Origin: Felis catus
Lineage: Eukaryota
NCBI RefSeq assembly: GCF_018350175.1
Contig: NC_058368.1
Span: 191,210,001-191,274,000 of the forward strand
Reading direction: 5' to 3'
DNA: 64,000 nt
The notes beneath the pieces are model-generated. The model was not told where the DNA came from. It searched no databases and saw nothing but the letters and a program-made list of their open reading frames with translations. Of the stretch, positions 51,990-64,000 are shown piece after piece (within the stretch, counting starts at the first letter, position 1; each line of letters begins with the position of its first letter). The position numbers and the translations under genes are program-made.

Positions 51990-52390
51990 GGCTGCAACAA
52001 CCAGATGCATGTGTGGTCTTGAACTGGACACTGATTTAGGAAAAGCAGCCTTTTAATGGACATTTTTGAGTCAACTGGGGAAATCAGAATGAGGTCTGTG
52101 TAGTAGATAAGATGAATATCTACCCGTAAAGTGAAGATTATGTACCGAAACTGCAAGATTATCAATACGTATAGTATTATCTCATGCTGAGAAAAAAATT
52201 AAAAAATGTGTGTGTGCATATATATACATATACATTTTATATGTATATAAAATACACATGGAAAGGTATACACTAAAGTGTTATAGTTTGGACCTTTCGG
52301 TGGTAGGAATATGATAAATTTTTATTTTGCTTGTCTGTACTCACAAATTTTCTATAATACACATGTAGTGCTTCCGTAAAAATGAAATAT
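51990..52390 (+). mobile_element. L1ME-like 3' remnant
   Basis: tggaaaggtatacactaaagtgtta...aaattttctataatacacatgta. Confidence 0.5.
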
Positions 52391-53604
52391 TATTTTTTTA
52401 ATTGATGCTAAGTGTTTTAAGTAAGTTTTAATGTTAATCCATTCAACAGCCTTCATCAAGCATCTCATGTGCTCAAATCTCTAGGCTGGGACACACCCTC
52501 CTTCTTACATGACATGTTCTCTTCTTTCTTCCTCACCAAATACCTGGATTTTACCTCTTCTCGAAGACCCAACTCCAATTTCTCCGAGATGTCTTATCTG
52601 ATGTCTCTAGGCCACAGCAAATATCCCCCTTGTTTGAAACTGCAAAGTGCTCAGTGTCTCTTTGAGCACATAAGAACGAGTCCTTGGTTTTTTCAATATG
52701 TTTAACTTCTCTCCCTCTCTTTATAGATCGACTATAGGGCCTTGCGGGGTAGAGTCCACTTTAAAAATCCTCTGTATTCTCCACAGTGTTTTCCACTTGG
52801 TAGACACTGAACAAATGTTTGTTGATGAACTGACAGATCTGGGATTTCCTTTCTCTTGCTCTAAAGCTGTAATGCAAAACTGCTAGCATACAGTTAATAT
52901 TTATTGAAACAGATGCCAATCCTTGGTCTCTAAACATGGTAATGATCCCTTTCTAAAGAGTCTTGGATTTCACCCTGTTTTCTAACTGGCTCTAAAAAGG
53001 GTAGGGCTGGCTTGTTAATTTACAATACAAAGAAGAAATCTCTTCCTTCCAGTCTGTGCCAGATGGGTGGGTTGAAAGAGTGAATGAGAACTGAAGGTCT
53101 CCACAGTCATGCACCAGGTGACAAGAAAGGAGCTTTTTCCAAGGAGTGAAACTGCTTTTTCCCTGCTAAGAGATTGTCTTAAGAATCAAGAAACAGCCAG
53201 GCTGAAAGTTGTGTCTTTGTCCCCGCTTTTCTAGTCCTGAGCCAGGAAAATGAGATCCCAGAGAAGTGAAATTTTGCCAAACCCCTGAGAAATGAGGCAT
53301 TTGCTGCTGGGGATGCAAGAAGGTTGGTGACATTTAATTGAGGAATTGCCCAATTTTCCATCTGGTTGAAGAAAAAAAATCAAGGTGAAACAGTTGGGCC
53401 CCGATTTGTGTGACTGAGCAAAAGGCAGGTGCCATCCAATTTCATTTTCTTAAGGCAATGGATCTTTGCAACAAGATGTCTCTGCTCCACGGTCCAAGGG
53501 AGCAATTAGAAACACGGGAAGCATCATGTCTTGACTCTTGTTCTTCCAGAAAGACACTTAGAGTATGTTAACTTTTAAGCTATTCTACTGTGCAACAAAA
53601 ACTG

Positions 53605-53746
53605 GTCACAGGTAAGACATGGGCTGTGGAGTCTTACAGATTTGTGTTAAATTCCTAGCTTTGCCAAATTTTACCTGTGTGACCCTGAGCAAGTATTCCT
53701 ATCTGTTCCTCAGTTTTGTCATCTGTAAAATGGGCACTATCATAGT
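53605..53746 (+). mobile_element. MIR 5' half
   Basis: ctgtgtgaccctgagcaagt...cctcagttttgtcatctgtaaaatggg. Confidence 0.85.
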
Positions 53747-53926
53747 GACACACACACACACACACATACACACAAATACAAATATATATATATAGAGAGA
53801 GAGAGAGAATAGAATAGAAATATAATATATAATATACAATATATAATATATAATAATAGAAACTGTACTTTTTTAGAAGTATATGTCAGATGCCCTGAAG
53901 GAAGTGTAATTTGTCTTAGCCTATTG

Positions 53927-53985
<59 letters not shown>

Positions 53986-54093
53986 TATTATATGATAAAC
54001 CATATATAATATGTAATAAACCATATATATCATATATAATAAACCATATATATGATATATTATGTGATATCATATATATATGATATATATATA

Positions 54094-54142
<49 letters not shown>

Positions 54143-54219
54143 CAATAGCCTAAGGCAATTAACACTTCTTTCAGGGCATCTGACATATACTTCTTAAAAA
54201 GTAGAGTTTCTATTATTAT
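53747..54219. repeat. Compound (CA)/(TA)/(GA) microsatellite containing an 80-bp inverted repeat around a (TA)n core
   Basis: Arms 53850-53929 and 54140-54219 are reverse complements at 73 of 80 positions. Confidence 0.95.
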
Positions 54220-56011
54220 TCTCTACCACATCAGGGAAACTCTTTTAACTATAAATTAAAAATTCTGAGTCCAACTTTAGAGGAAATGGTCTACCTGGGA
54301 CAGTTCTACAGAAGACCAGAGCACTTTAGTATCATTGGAATGGTTGCACCCAAGGATCTTGATGTTGACTCATTTCATTTCAACAAGTGTACCAAACGAG
54401 CCATTATTCCTTATTTTGATCAAACCTTTTATATCTTTGTCTTCTCAACTATTTATTCCCTATCCCTAGCATTCCATTGGCTGCCATTGTCAGTATAACT
54501 AAATCCTGTCACTCTTGAAGCCTTAGTCCAAAGGTTACTACCTCCAAGAAATCATGTAATCTACAGTCAGAAGCTACCACTATTGTCTGGAACTGCCCCC
54601 CTCCCCAACCAAAATACTTGAATATTTCCTCCCTTTCACGTTTATTTCATTCCATTTTACCTTAGATTATTTGTTTTCTAGGAGACCTTCTTGTATCCCC
54701 AGCAGCAGCAAATGTCTCAATTCTCAAGGATGTATCTTTTTATAGAAATTACATCCTTGTCAAATGTGTATCTTTTCACACCTAGAAAGTGTGAAAAGAT
54801 ACACACATGAAAGATACACGAGTCTAGAAAATTTTACATAGGTACTCAACAAATAGTTAATAAATGAATAAATAAATGAGTGGCTTCAAGCCTATTCTTG
54901 AATCAACGAAAGAACTTGATCTATACTCTAAGAGCAGCGGCCTCCCCCCACTAATTTCCATCATTCTTCTTCTAGCATTTTTACCTTTCTCCATAAAACA
55001 GCAACATCCGCTCTTTTGGAAGTATTGGTAAGAAAAATTCTGTCTGTCCTCCCACCTCTCCTTACTCATTCATAGCCAAATGAGGAGAAAGAAGTAATGT
55101 TACCAGTAAGGTTAAGAGAGGGGCCCAACCATAAGGCAATCACCTTATTCCAGAGGCTCAGATGTCACCACATGGGTGAGTCAGCCTGATTTGGAGGCAC
55201 TCTTGGTATAGGCCACCAATGCTGGTCCAGCTTGTCTATGAGTCCTAGACGGACTTTTTAATTGGTCCATTATTAATAGAAGGAAAATAAGGATGACAGC
55301 CCCACATACACATCTGATAATACTCACAAATTCTAACATTGAGCTGATGTGGGGAAGGATACCAAGAAAAAACAATATTTCTAAATAGGATACTTCAAAG
55401 GGAAATACAGAACGTTCTACAGTTTATACATCAGAAGTATCAGAGAAAAATCCCAAGAAGCTATCACCCTTCTCTGAATCGAGATTCTAAATCCGAAGAT
55501 GTTTTATTAATAGGCTACTATAAAACTGAAATGGGCCTCCGGCCAGTGCATTCCTAAATTAGAGGCTGACATCTCACTGGAATGAGCTCCACCAGGACCA
55601 GGAAGGAACTAGGTTCAGCAGAGGATGTTAAAAGTCCTAAGATAATTTGATACAAACTTAACAGTAGATGGCCCACTACAAGAGATTAAAACTGTCATCC
55701 AAATGAAAATGAAGGAATGCATCTGCCCACACTCATGAGAGAGTCACAAACAGCTGGAGAGATCCTGAGCACAACACCACACCATCCAGATATTTGAATG
55801 CAGTCACCCCAACAGCAAATGCAGAAGAGTGTAAAGTGGTAGCTTTTCACCGTGATTTGGCTTTAATTTCACAAGAATCTCCTAAGTTTCTACTTGGGGT
55901 GCAGTATGCTAGTGGAGCGAGCTCCTCCAAGGTATAAAAACACGTCATCCAGTTTGTTGTATCCTCAATACAGGAATTTTTGTTTGAGTTCCTCTATTGG
56001 ATAATTATGAT

Positions 56012-56187
56012 CAGGGGGAGATCCAGATTTTGTGAGGCCTTGAAGCTTATGTAATTTGAGGGTATGCCCTTAAGAAAATGGACACAAATTTATCTACACA
56101 AAAGCAAGAGGACATTCTTGAAAGAGACTCTTATAAGCCAGGGGCAGTGAGGCTTAAGATTCACAAACTTCAGGAAATCCTCCTCTG
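56012..56187 (+). mobile_element. hAT-type MITE (Tip100-like), full length
   Basis: Terminal inverted repeats cagggggagat / atcctcctctg; 8-bp flanks attatgat / attatagc. Confidence 0.65.
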
Positions 56188-57320
56188 ATTATAGCACAGC
56201 AGTGCTTGTCCCCGTAAAACCCTCCATTAACGGTCTGCTCGGTGTTTGCCAAATGACCATGTAAGTGATGGAACAAATGATGATGGAGGTGATGAAGACG
56301 AAGATAATGGTGATGGTGATGATGATGAAGGCGGAGGAGGGAGAGAAAGATTTATATAGAGCACACGTCTATATTACTGCATGCTCTTGCCATGGGCCAA
56401 TGGAAACCCCATCAGAAGCCTAGATGACAGCCCTCACCATTGTCTTGTGGCTCTACTCCCTGCTACTCTCGCCCACGTATAACCCCTCGTCTGGGACCTG
56501 CTGCTCCTACAAATGGCCTGACACGCACTGTAACTTATCCTCACAAGGGCACCACTCAGAAGACTAGGAAGGGACTGCACATCAATCTCTTTCATTTCTA
56601 GAGAGGTTTAGAGAATTTATTTTTTCTTTTTATAGAGGAGTCATGACAAGAGCCAACTGAAGCTTTTCTGCAAATATATCGCCTGTGATATGTTACTTCC
56701 TTTTCTCTCTCATGACTGCGAAGCAGAAAAGGGAAACTACTCTCTCTGTAGTAAAAGGAGATTCAATGGATAACCGACAAGGCGTAAAGGTTGAGAGGAG
56801 AAAACACATGAGTATTTCAATCTAGTTAAGTTAGATTTCCAAATATTGCTTTTCCTTAACTCCCCAGTTGGTTTCCAGATGATTGTTTCCATTGTCTACT
56901 TTTCATCTCATAATTTATTTGTTCAAAGATAGTTTAAATGTCTATCATGTGCCTATACGGTAGAGACCAGACATCTAGCCATGAATTTGTGATAAACGGC
57001 ACATGCCTAAATATCATTTGCAAAAAGAAAACTCCCCCAAGAAGCATACTACTCTCTTTATTAAGGTAGATCCATTGCAGACATTTCGGGTTTCAGGATG
57101 CTAAGGGGCAGGGATGAAGGCAGACCAGGATTAAAAATAACAAATAGACAATATCAGGCACGTTGAGGGGGGTATGACCATAGAGATGCTGTTTTAAAAT
57201 CGGGAATAAAGATTGTTCAGCTACAAATGTATGTATTAATAGTGGTATTGTAGAGGGCAAAACTGAACACATGGGACAAACTTCGCTGACTGATTCACTG
57301 GAGAGGCACAGGATACCGTA

Positions 57321-57323
<3 letters not shown>

Positions 57324-57358
<35 letters not shown>
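57324..57358. repeat. Poly-A run (35 nt)
   Basis: Directly visible. Confidence 0.95.
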
Positions 57359-57360
<2 letters not shown>

Positions 57361-57887
57361 TGGCCTAATTGGTTCTTAGGGGTAGGAGGTTGATGGAGGG
57401 TCCCTTGGGGAAGGTGTGACCGGATGATGGAATCTGAGTACTATGTGTGTATAAGGGCAGGGATGCCACTCTACAGGCAGATGAAAAGTTCCTGAGGCAG
57501 GAAAGTACATGACTCATTTGGGGGAAGCAACGATGGCTGGATTGTAGACAAGTAAGTCTGGGGAAGTGGTGAGACCGCCATGAAGTACTCGATAGACCAT
57601 GCTAAAGATCTGGCCTTTTACCTAATATATGCCATTTTGTACATTTGTAAAACTATAGATGAAAAATATATATATTAAAGTGGCCTCAATGTGTAGTATG
57701 GTGGAACGACCCCTTTTTAGGATCCTCGACTTTTGTAGGAACCCAGAATAGATCCTCCAAGGTGGGAAATATTTCGCAACTCCAAGTCTAACAGAGTAAG
57801 TAACCAAGTAAGGCTCCAAGTGGCCATGTTTCCTCTGTTAAGTTTCAGTTCCCTTGTCTATAAAGTGAAAACTTTGGCCATATGGCA

Positions 57888-57928
57888 TGTGTGTCTGTGT
57901 GTCTGCGTGTGTGTGTGTGTGTGTGTGT
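57888..57928. repeat. (TG)n microsatellite
   Basis: Directly visible. Confidence 0.9.
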
Positions 57929-57934
57929 GGCCAC

Positions 57935-58350
57935 ATTTTTTTAAACTATGGATTTTGAAATAATTTTAAATTTACAGAATTTTTTTTACATTTTTATACA
58001 TTTACACTATAGAATTCCTGTTGAAACTCTACCCTGCTTCTCCTAATATCAACATCTTACATAACTACGGTATCTATATGAAAACTGAGAAATCTACATT
58101 GGCATAAAACTTTTCACTGCACAACAAACTTTATGAAGATTTCATTAATTTTTCCAGTAACACCTCTTTTGTGGTCCAGGATGCAACTCAGGTCATCTTC
58201 TTGCATTTAGTTGCCATATCTCTTTAGCCTCCCCCAAATCAAAGATAGTTCTCCATCTTTTCTTATCTCTCATGACCTTGACACTTTTGAAAAGCAGTGG
58301 TCAAGTATTTTGTAGAATGTCTCTCCCCTTGGGCTTGTTTAATGTTTTCT
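57935..58350 (-). mobile_element. L1MC/L1MD-type 3' end
   Basis: tttgaaataattttaaatttacagaa...ttgcatttagttg...catgaccttgacacttttgaa...tattttgtagaatgtc. Confidence 0.85.
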
Positions 58351-59694
58351 TCCTTTGGGGAAGAACACCCTCTCATCAGCCATATTGTGAGTGTTCCACA
58401 CTCACCCGCTCTAAACTTTATTTCAAAAAAAGAAAAAAAAAAGTCTGGCCTCTACCTTCTTTATTCAACCAGGCCCAGCATAATCTGCACATCAGACCTG
58501 AATGAAGCTTAAGATATGATAGTCACTGGAAGGCCTGTGTTCTATCCCATCTTCTTTTTGGGAATGCCATTAGTCTTTAACCCTCCTCAAACAGTATTTG
58601 TTCTAGTCATTTCCTACATTTTCTCCTTCTCTCTGTCCCTTGAAGCCACCACAGATGCAATATGTCTACAATAACAAGATAAGTATTATGTTCCTTAGAA
58701 GAATTTTCTTTTAACATGATAATTTTTGGTCTCTAATACCCCCAGGACATCCCTTTCTAGGTAGCATACTCTATCTACACTGGCAGGGAATTAGCTCTTG
58801 CAAGACCCATGCCTGCAAATTCTCTAAACTTTACTGTTTGCTTTGTAAAAAGACAATGACTCATTCCCAATTATCTTCTCTTGACAACAGAGCTGTCTCC
58901 CTGAATTTAAATCACACCCATCAACGTGCGACCTAATCTATGGATGGAATCTGCAAAGATGGAACACAATAGGAGCAAGATTTCTTTGTGTCCTAAGATA
59001 AGTCACTAAGTAAGTTTGTATAAGTACCCTTCAGTTTAGATAAATTTGACGGGCAGAATTGCCTCCTTACAGAGTTAGGAAATTAGGTACTGGGAACTGT
59101 GAAGGTGCTAAGAGGGGAAGTCAAAGACTTGGAGAAATGCCTGGTGTCGGGGAAACACTGAGGAGAAAATTACTGCAAGTCACCCTGTTTTACAAGCTCC
59201 ATCACACTTGGGTCCACTTCCTTAAACACATAATGTCCTCTTCTGCCTTAGGGCCTTTGCACACATCGCTCTTGCTGCCTAGATAGCTCTCCTCCCCACC
59301 TTCTTTTTGGCCTTCCTCAGAACAGCCTTCAGCCCCCTTCCAGACTAGGTCAGATTTTCCCTCGTATGTTTTCACAATTCCATGTGCCTTTCCTTCATAG
59401 CACTTAACAAACTTTATACTTGCTTATCTGTGCCGTCATCTAATAACAACATGGTCAGCTAACAACTACTGAGAGCTCTCTGTCTATGCCAAGCACTGTA
59501 CCTCTCATTCACTTTTCAAAATCAAACCCTGAGGAGTTGGAGGTACAACTAGATAAATGCCTCGCACTCCAGCAAACTGTAAGTGGCCTGTGGGCGTGTT
59601 CTGTGTTTGTTTCGCTCTCCCCGGAATCACCCGTGTTGGCAAAGATCTTAGAAAGAAAAAAAAAATCATGGTACATACTTATTAAGCCAATGAC

Positions 59695-59950
59695 AGCAGC
59701 ATGATGTAGCAGGGAAAACATGTGTTTCAGAGTCAGACACAGTGAGGTTCAAATCTCATTTTTGTGATTGGCTAGCTCTGTAAACTTGGACAGCTTATCT
59801 CATATTTCTTACTCCTCATGTCCTCATCCACCTGAGATAAGAAAACCTCATCACAAAAACCTGTAAGGGAATTAAATTAGATAATATAGCTGAAAGCACA
59901 GAATCATGCCCTGCATGAATTATATGCTGAATAGGTGCTAGCTTCTCTAT
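59695..59950 (+). mobile_element. MIR near full length
   Basis: cagagtcagacac...ggttcaaatc...tcctcatc...attaaattagataat. Confidence 0.7.
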
Positions 59951-60862
59951 TCTATTAAAAATGTCTTTCTTAGCATTCTAATATTTCTTTAGATGATTTC
60001 CCTTACGATACTACCAGTCTTCTTAGACATGATTTGGACACCGTGCACACTAAAATGTTATGCTTCAAGATAACCATTTTGGGTTCTTTGATGTTATTTC
60101 AAGAATGAAGACGGGTTTATTAATGGGCAGGGGAACAGTTGCCCAGTGGAAATCAACAGGAAATAATCACTTTACAGTCCATTGTATTAGACTACCAGAG
60201 AGGCAAATTGCATTTCTGTTCTGTTCTTACAAAGTCACCCAACTGTCACCCCATTCTACTCTTCTGGCTTATAAACCTACCTGCCTAACCACTTTGATAA
60301 AGCTTTGGCAGAAGGTTTAAGTTGTACTGATAACTGGTAGAATTGAAACCCAAATTAAAAGATGCACAAGACAAAAGGGAATCATGACATTAGCATTTCA
60401 AAGTAGGAAAGCAAACAGAAAGACTCACAAAGGAAAAGTATAAGAAACACCTTAAGATAAAATTCCTTTGAAGTTTCTTAATCCCCCAAATAACAGAATG
60501 GTTATCTAATGGTATCCATTATGTCCTACTAATTACCTTATAAAATTTACATTGGAAACATGTAGAAAGAAGGCAGTCTCAAAAAATAAAAGTTGCCAAT
60601 AAAATACGTGAGACTAAAGAGTGCTCACAGAAAGAAAATAGCAAAACTCACTTACTTACATTTATTAAGCATTTACGATATGCTATTCTCTGAGCTAGGC
60701 ATTTTAACTAATTTAATTTTCATGCATTTATTCAACATTTATTCAACAAATATTTATCAAGTGCTTACAATACATCAGACACTGGGCTTAGATCAAAAAA
60801 CACCAGATCCCTGCCCACACAAAGCATGCAGTCCAGCAGGGGAGAAACACTGTAGATACAGT

Positions 60863-61092
60863 ATAGAATATCTGTTTATACCCTATCCCGCCTCCTCACA
60901 TATCAACATGTTACTTAACTATGGTAGAGGCACCTGGGTGGTTCAGTCGGTTAAGTGTTCGACGTCAGCTCAGGTCACGATCTCGCAGTTCGTGGCTTGA
61001 AGTCCCGCATCAGGCTCTGTGCTGACAGCTCAGACCCTGGAGCCTGCTTCAGATTCTGTATCTCCCTCTCTCTGCCCCTCCTCTGCTTGTGA

Positions 61093-61135
<43 letters not shown>

Positions 61136-61380
61136 AATAAACATTTAAAACTATTTACATAACTATGGTATATGTATGAATAATGATAAATCACCATTGG
61201 CATAATACTTTTTGCTACATGGCAAACTTTAGGCAAATTTTATTACCTTTTGCACTAACATCTCTTTTGTGCTCCAGGATGTAATTCAGTTCATCTCACT
61301 GCATTGTCTAATCTCCTTAGTTTCCCCCAATCAAAGGCAGTTTCTCCATCTTTCCTTATCTCTCCTGACCTTGGCACTTT
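60863..61380 (-). mobile_element. L1MC/L1MD-type 3' fragment split by a SINE
   Basis: Collinear with 58010-58288 once the SINE is removed. Confidence 0.8.
60927..61154 (+). mobile_element. Can-SINE
   Basis: TSD ttacttaactatggta (60911-60926) / ttacataactatggta (61155-61170). Confidence 0.96.
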
Positions 61381-61417
61381 ATACATTAAACAGTTTCTTA
61401 ACGTTTACTGCCTAACT

Positions 61418-61532
61418 TAGGGTGACCAACATACCCTCGTTTGTCTAGGACTTTCCTTGTGTTAGCACTGAAATTTTCACATCCCCGAAGTCTTCCCTCA
61501 GTTCTGGGCAAAGGGGTAGAGTTGGTCCCCTA
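61418..61532 (+). mobile_element. MER81-like hAT-Blackjack MITE
   Basis: Terminal inverted repeats tagggtgaccaac / gttggtccccta; internal ttagcactgaaa; 115 bp. Confidence 0.8.
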
Positions 61533-62344
61533 GAAAAGTGACACATGATGTAATTAAATATAATAAGCACTACTATTAAAAAGTTCAGTTCTATGAACTA
61601 TGTGTATTTACACGCAGATGAAGAAACCGAGCTTTTAAAAAGTTAAAAGTCTGTATTTAGTAAAGTAGGGAGCTAAAACCTAGTTGTTCTGACTCCCAAT
61701 TACACAGCCTGATGCCATGTATGAGTTGATAAAATGTCTCCTGATACTTTATACTTAAGAGTAGCAATCTAGACTTGCTCTAATTGATGAAATGCTTCCA
61801 AAAGGTTTGGGAGAGGAGTGGCCATCAGAACAAGGAAAGCAAGATTTTAGAGCAAATCCCTTGGGTCTGGATTCTGAACGCACTTCTGTCCTTGCTGGAA
61901 ATGCATGACAAAAGAAACACCTGCACACCCTCTGCCATCCCCATCTTTCAGCTGTGGGTAGCTCATGGACAAACAAAAGAAAGCATTTTTCAGCTTGACT
62001 GCAGTCTTTTGTGAGAAACAAATTATGTTTCTTCAAGTTTGAGGAGTTGGGTAGGAGAGAAGGGCTGTTAAAAATTGGTAAGGCATACCTAAATACCTCT
62101 GAGCAGTGGGTGAAAAATACCCCAGAAGGGTGTTTCAGCAGACTACACCAGCTCATTTTGGTTAGAAAGATGCAGTTTTCCCTTGGTGGACATTCAGTGA
62201 GGAAAAGATCATGTCTAGCATTAAGCAGCTTTATTTAGCTGGCATCCTTGACAAAAGATATGAAACCAAGCAGTCTTGAAAATTGGCAACATTGGCCAAT
62301 AAAAAGAAACTGGGTTAGCAATACCCTCTCAACCCCATTATGTT

Positions 62345-62513
62345 TGCTCCAATGACAGAAGGATCTTTGGGCTGTTTTGGCCACTGCCGTATTCCCTATA
62401 CACAGAACAGTACCTTGCACAAAGTAGAAAGTCATTAATAATTACTAGGTGGGTCAGTAGATGGATGGATGGATGGATGGATGGATGGACGGATGGACAG
62501 AAGGATGGATGGA
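62345..62513 (+). mobile_element. L2 3' end with tail expanded into (TGGA)n
   Basis: cacagaacagtaccttgcacaaagtag followed by (atgg)n at 62460-62513. Confidence 0.65.
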
Positions 62514-62870
62514 GATGTCTGTATGGATGCAAGGATGGCAAGATAAGAGTTCTAGTTCTAATCTCTGAATCTAGGAAAGCTATTTTACCTCCCTTGAACC
62601 TTGCCCTTCTCATCTAATAAATGGGAGAATTCAAATATATGACTTTTATCTCTTCCAACAAAATTCAGAATTCTATGTCCCAAGGGATACAGGTTAATAA
62701 TCCATTCATAGAATGAGTCTCAATGTCAGGACATATTTCTAGATGCCCATCTAGAGAAAAGAAGTTAAATAAATTATAGCATAAAAAAATAAATCATCGT
62801 TAACATTGACATTATATTTATTGACAAGGAAATTGCTCGGGGTACTTTAATTTTTAAAAGTTACAACATA

Positions 62871-63060
62871 GGGGCGCCTGGGTGGCGCAGTCAGTTAAGC
62901 GTCCGACTTCAGCCAGGTCACGATCTCACGGTCCATGGGTTCGAGCCCCGTATCAGGCTCTGGGCTGATGGCTCAGAGCCTGGAGCCTGTTTCCGATTCT
63001 GTGTCTCCCTCTCTCTCTGCCCCTCCCCCGTTCATGCTCTGTCTCTCTCTGTCCCAAAAA
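62871..63060 (+). mobile_element. Young SINEC_Fc with truncated tail
   Basis: Perfect TSD aaaagttacaacata at 62856-62870 and 63061-63075. Confidence 0.97.
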
Positions 63061-63323
63061 AAAAGTTACAACATAGCATAAACATTGTAGTACACCCCAT
63101 ACATGTATAAATATGCAGGCTTAGAGAGAGATCTAAAAAGATATACAGTAACATGTTTGGCAATGCCTATCACTGGGTAGTGGATATACGGAAGAATTTA
63201 TTATTATTAACATTATTATTATCTGTATCAGCTAATTTTCCTCTATGACTATGGGCTGTCACATAATATAAATAGATATAATGACCCAGCATCTACTAGG
63301 CACCTAGCTCATCACTAATGAGG

Positions 63324-63568
63324 TACTATAATGTGGGAGTTAGCACAGGGACTCTGGAATCAGATAGCCTGGTCTAAATCCTGGTTAAGCCCCTTAATTA
63401 CTGTGTGACCTAAGGTAAGTTACTCAACTTCTCTGAGGTTCAGTTTCCCACCGTATAAAACAAATAGTAATACCCAACTGATTGATTGCTGGTAAAGGTT
63501 AAAATAGGTAATCTATGCCAAGTGTCTGGTATACATCATACATTTGATAAATGTTAGTTATTATTATC
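63324..63568 (+). mobile_element. MIR full length
   Basis: ggactctggaatcaga...ctgtgtgacctaaggtaagttactcaacttctctg...taaatgttagttattatt. Confidence 0.9.
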
Positions 63569-63594
63569 ATACCAAATACAAAGAGGTGGTTTTT

Positions 63595-63596
<2 letters not shown>

Positions 63597-63628
<32 letters not shown>
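63597..63628. repeat. (GT)16 microsatellite
   Basis: Directly visible. Confidence 0.97.
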
Positions 63629-63631
<3 letters not shown>

Positions 63632-63949
63632 ATAAACCTGCCAAAATGATATAGTCATTTTCCTCAAGAGACTTTTAATTTGGTGAGAATAATAAGACTA
63701 ACACACAAGAAACAAAAAGAAAGCACCATAGTAACTTCCCAGAGTCAAGGATTTAGAACTAATGCCTTCTCTCTCCCTGAACCTCTCTCTCCAATGAGAT
63801 GCCTGAGACCCACCTGGTAGAAATCTCTTGCCCCATCTTCATACCTACTGACGCTCCTTCAGCCCATGTCTCTCTTTTGTCTGCTCATTATGTTAAGCTC
63901 CAAAGGGTCTCCTGGCCTCCTGTCTCTTCAAATTCCCATCTCTCTACAA

Positions 63950-64000
63950 CAGTGGTCCTCAAAAGGTGGTTCCTGGACTAGTAGGATCAGGATTACCCGA
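63950..64000. mobile_element. MER5-like terminus cut by the window end
   Basis: cagtggtcctcaaaaggtggttcctggac. Confidence 0.5.

Noticed and set aside
53410..53420. ARE/NRF2-like motif gtgactgagca
   Set aside because: A single short motif, expected by chance without conservation or ChIP data
18415..55185. Isolated plus-strand donor motifs (about 18421, 19553, 53610, 55175)
   Set aside because: No matching acceptor or exon context noticed; expected by chance in 64 kb
56277..56345. (GAT/GGT)n stretch resembling an acidic coding region
   Set aside because: Simple trinucleotide low complexity with no listed ORF or splice context
57324..57358. Poly-A as the tail of a processed pseudogene
   Set aside because: No upstream polyadenylation signal, retrocopy body or TSD seen; lies within L2-like remnants
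1..64000. Prokaryote-style systems (CRISPR arrays, operons, defence loci) or a novel coding system
   Set aside because: The sequence is repeat-rich mammalian non-coding DNA; no regularly spaced repeat-spacer array and no long ORF

Overview
Mammalian, cat-family (Felidae) non-coding DNA, not prokaryotic. The evidence is about 18 Can-SINE (SINEC_Fc-type) copies, several young and with clean target-site duplications (TSDs), plus a young felid L1 fragment. These sit on a background of ancient eutherian repeats: L1M, L2, MIR, MLT1 and ERVL LTRs, and MER5, MER81, Tigger2 and Tip100-type DNA elements. I find no credible protein-coding exon; nearly all listed ORFs are SINE, L1 or microsatellite read-throughs or chance ORFs. 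Several short minus-strand segments have canonical splice sites but are non-coding or too short to assign (best: 4484-4331). Together with a plus-strand bias of SINEs, they suggest the window lies in the multi-exon 5'UTR/intronic part of a minus-strand gene or lncRNA, which I cannot name from sequence. The most unusual structures are an 80-bp inverted duplication around a (TA)n core (53850-54219), a twin-primed inverted L1 (25228-25812), a SINE-exonisation candidate (9735-9986), an apparent old local duplication of an L1MC piece (about 58.0 kb vs 60.9-61.4 kb), and a ~200-bp pure purine tract next to a G-run. I see no evidence of a new biological system. Repeat subfamily names come from recalled consensus sequences and need RepeatMasker/Dfam confirmation; boundaries of old repeats are approximate.
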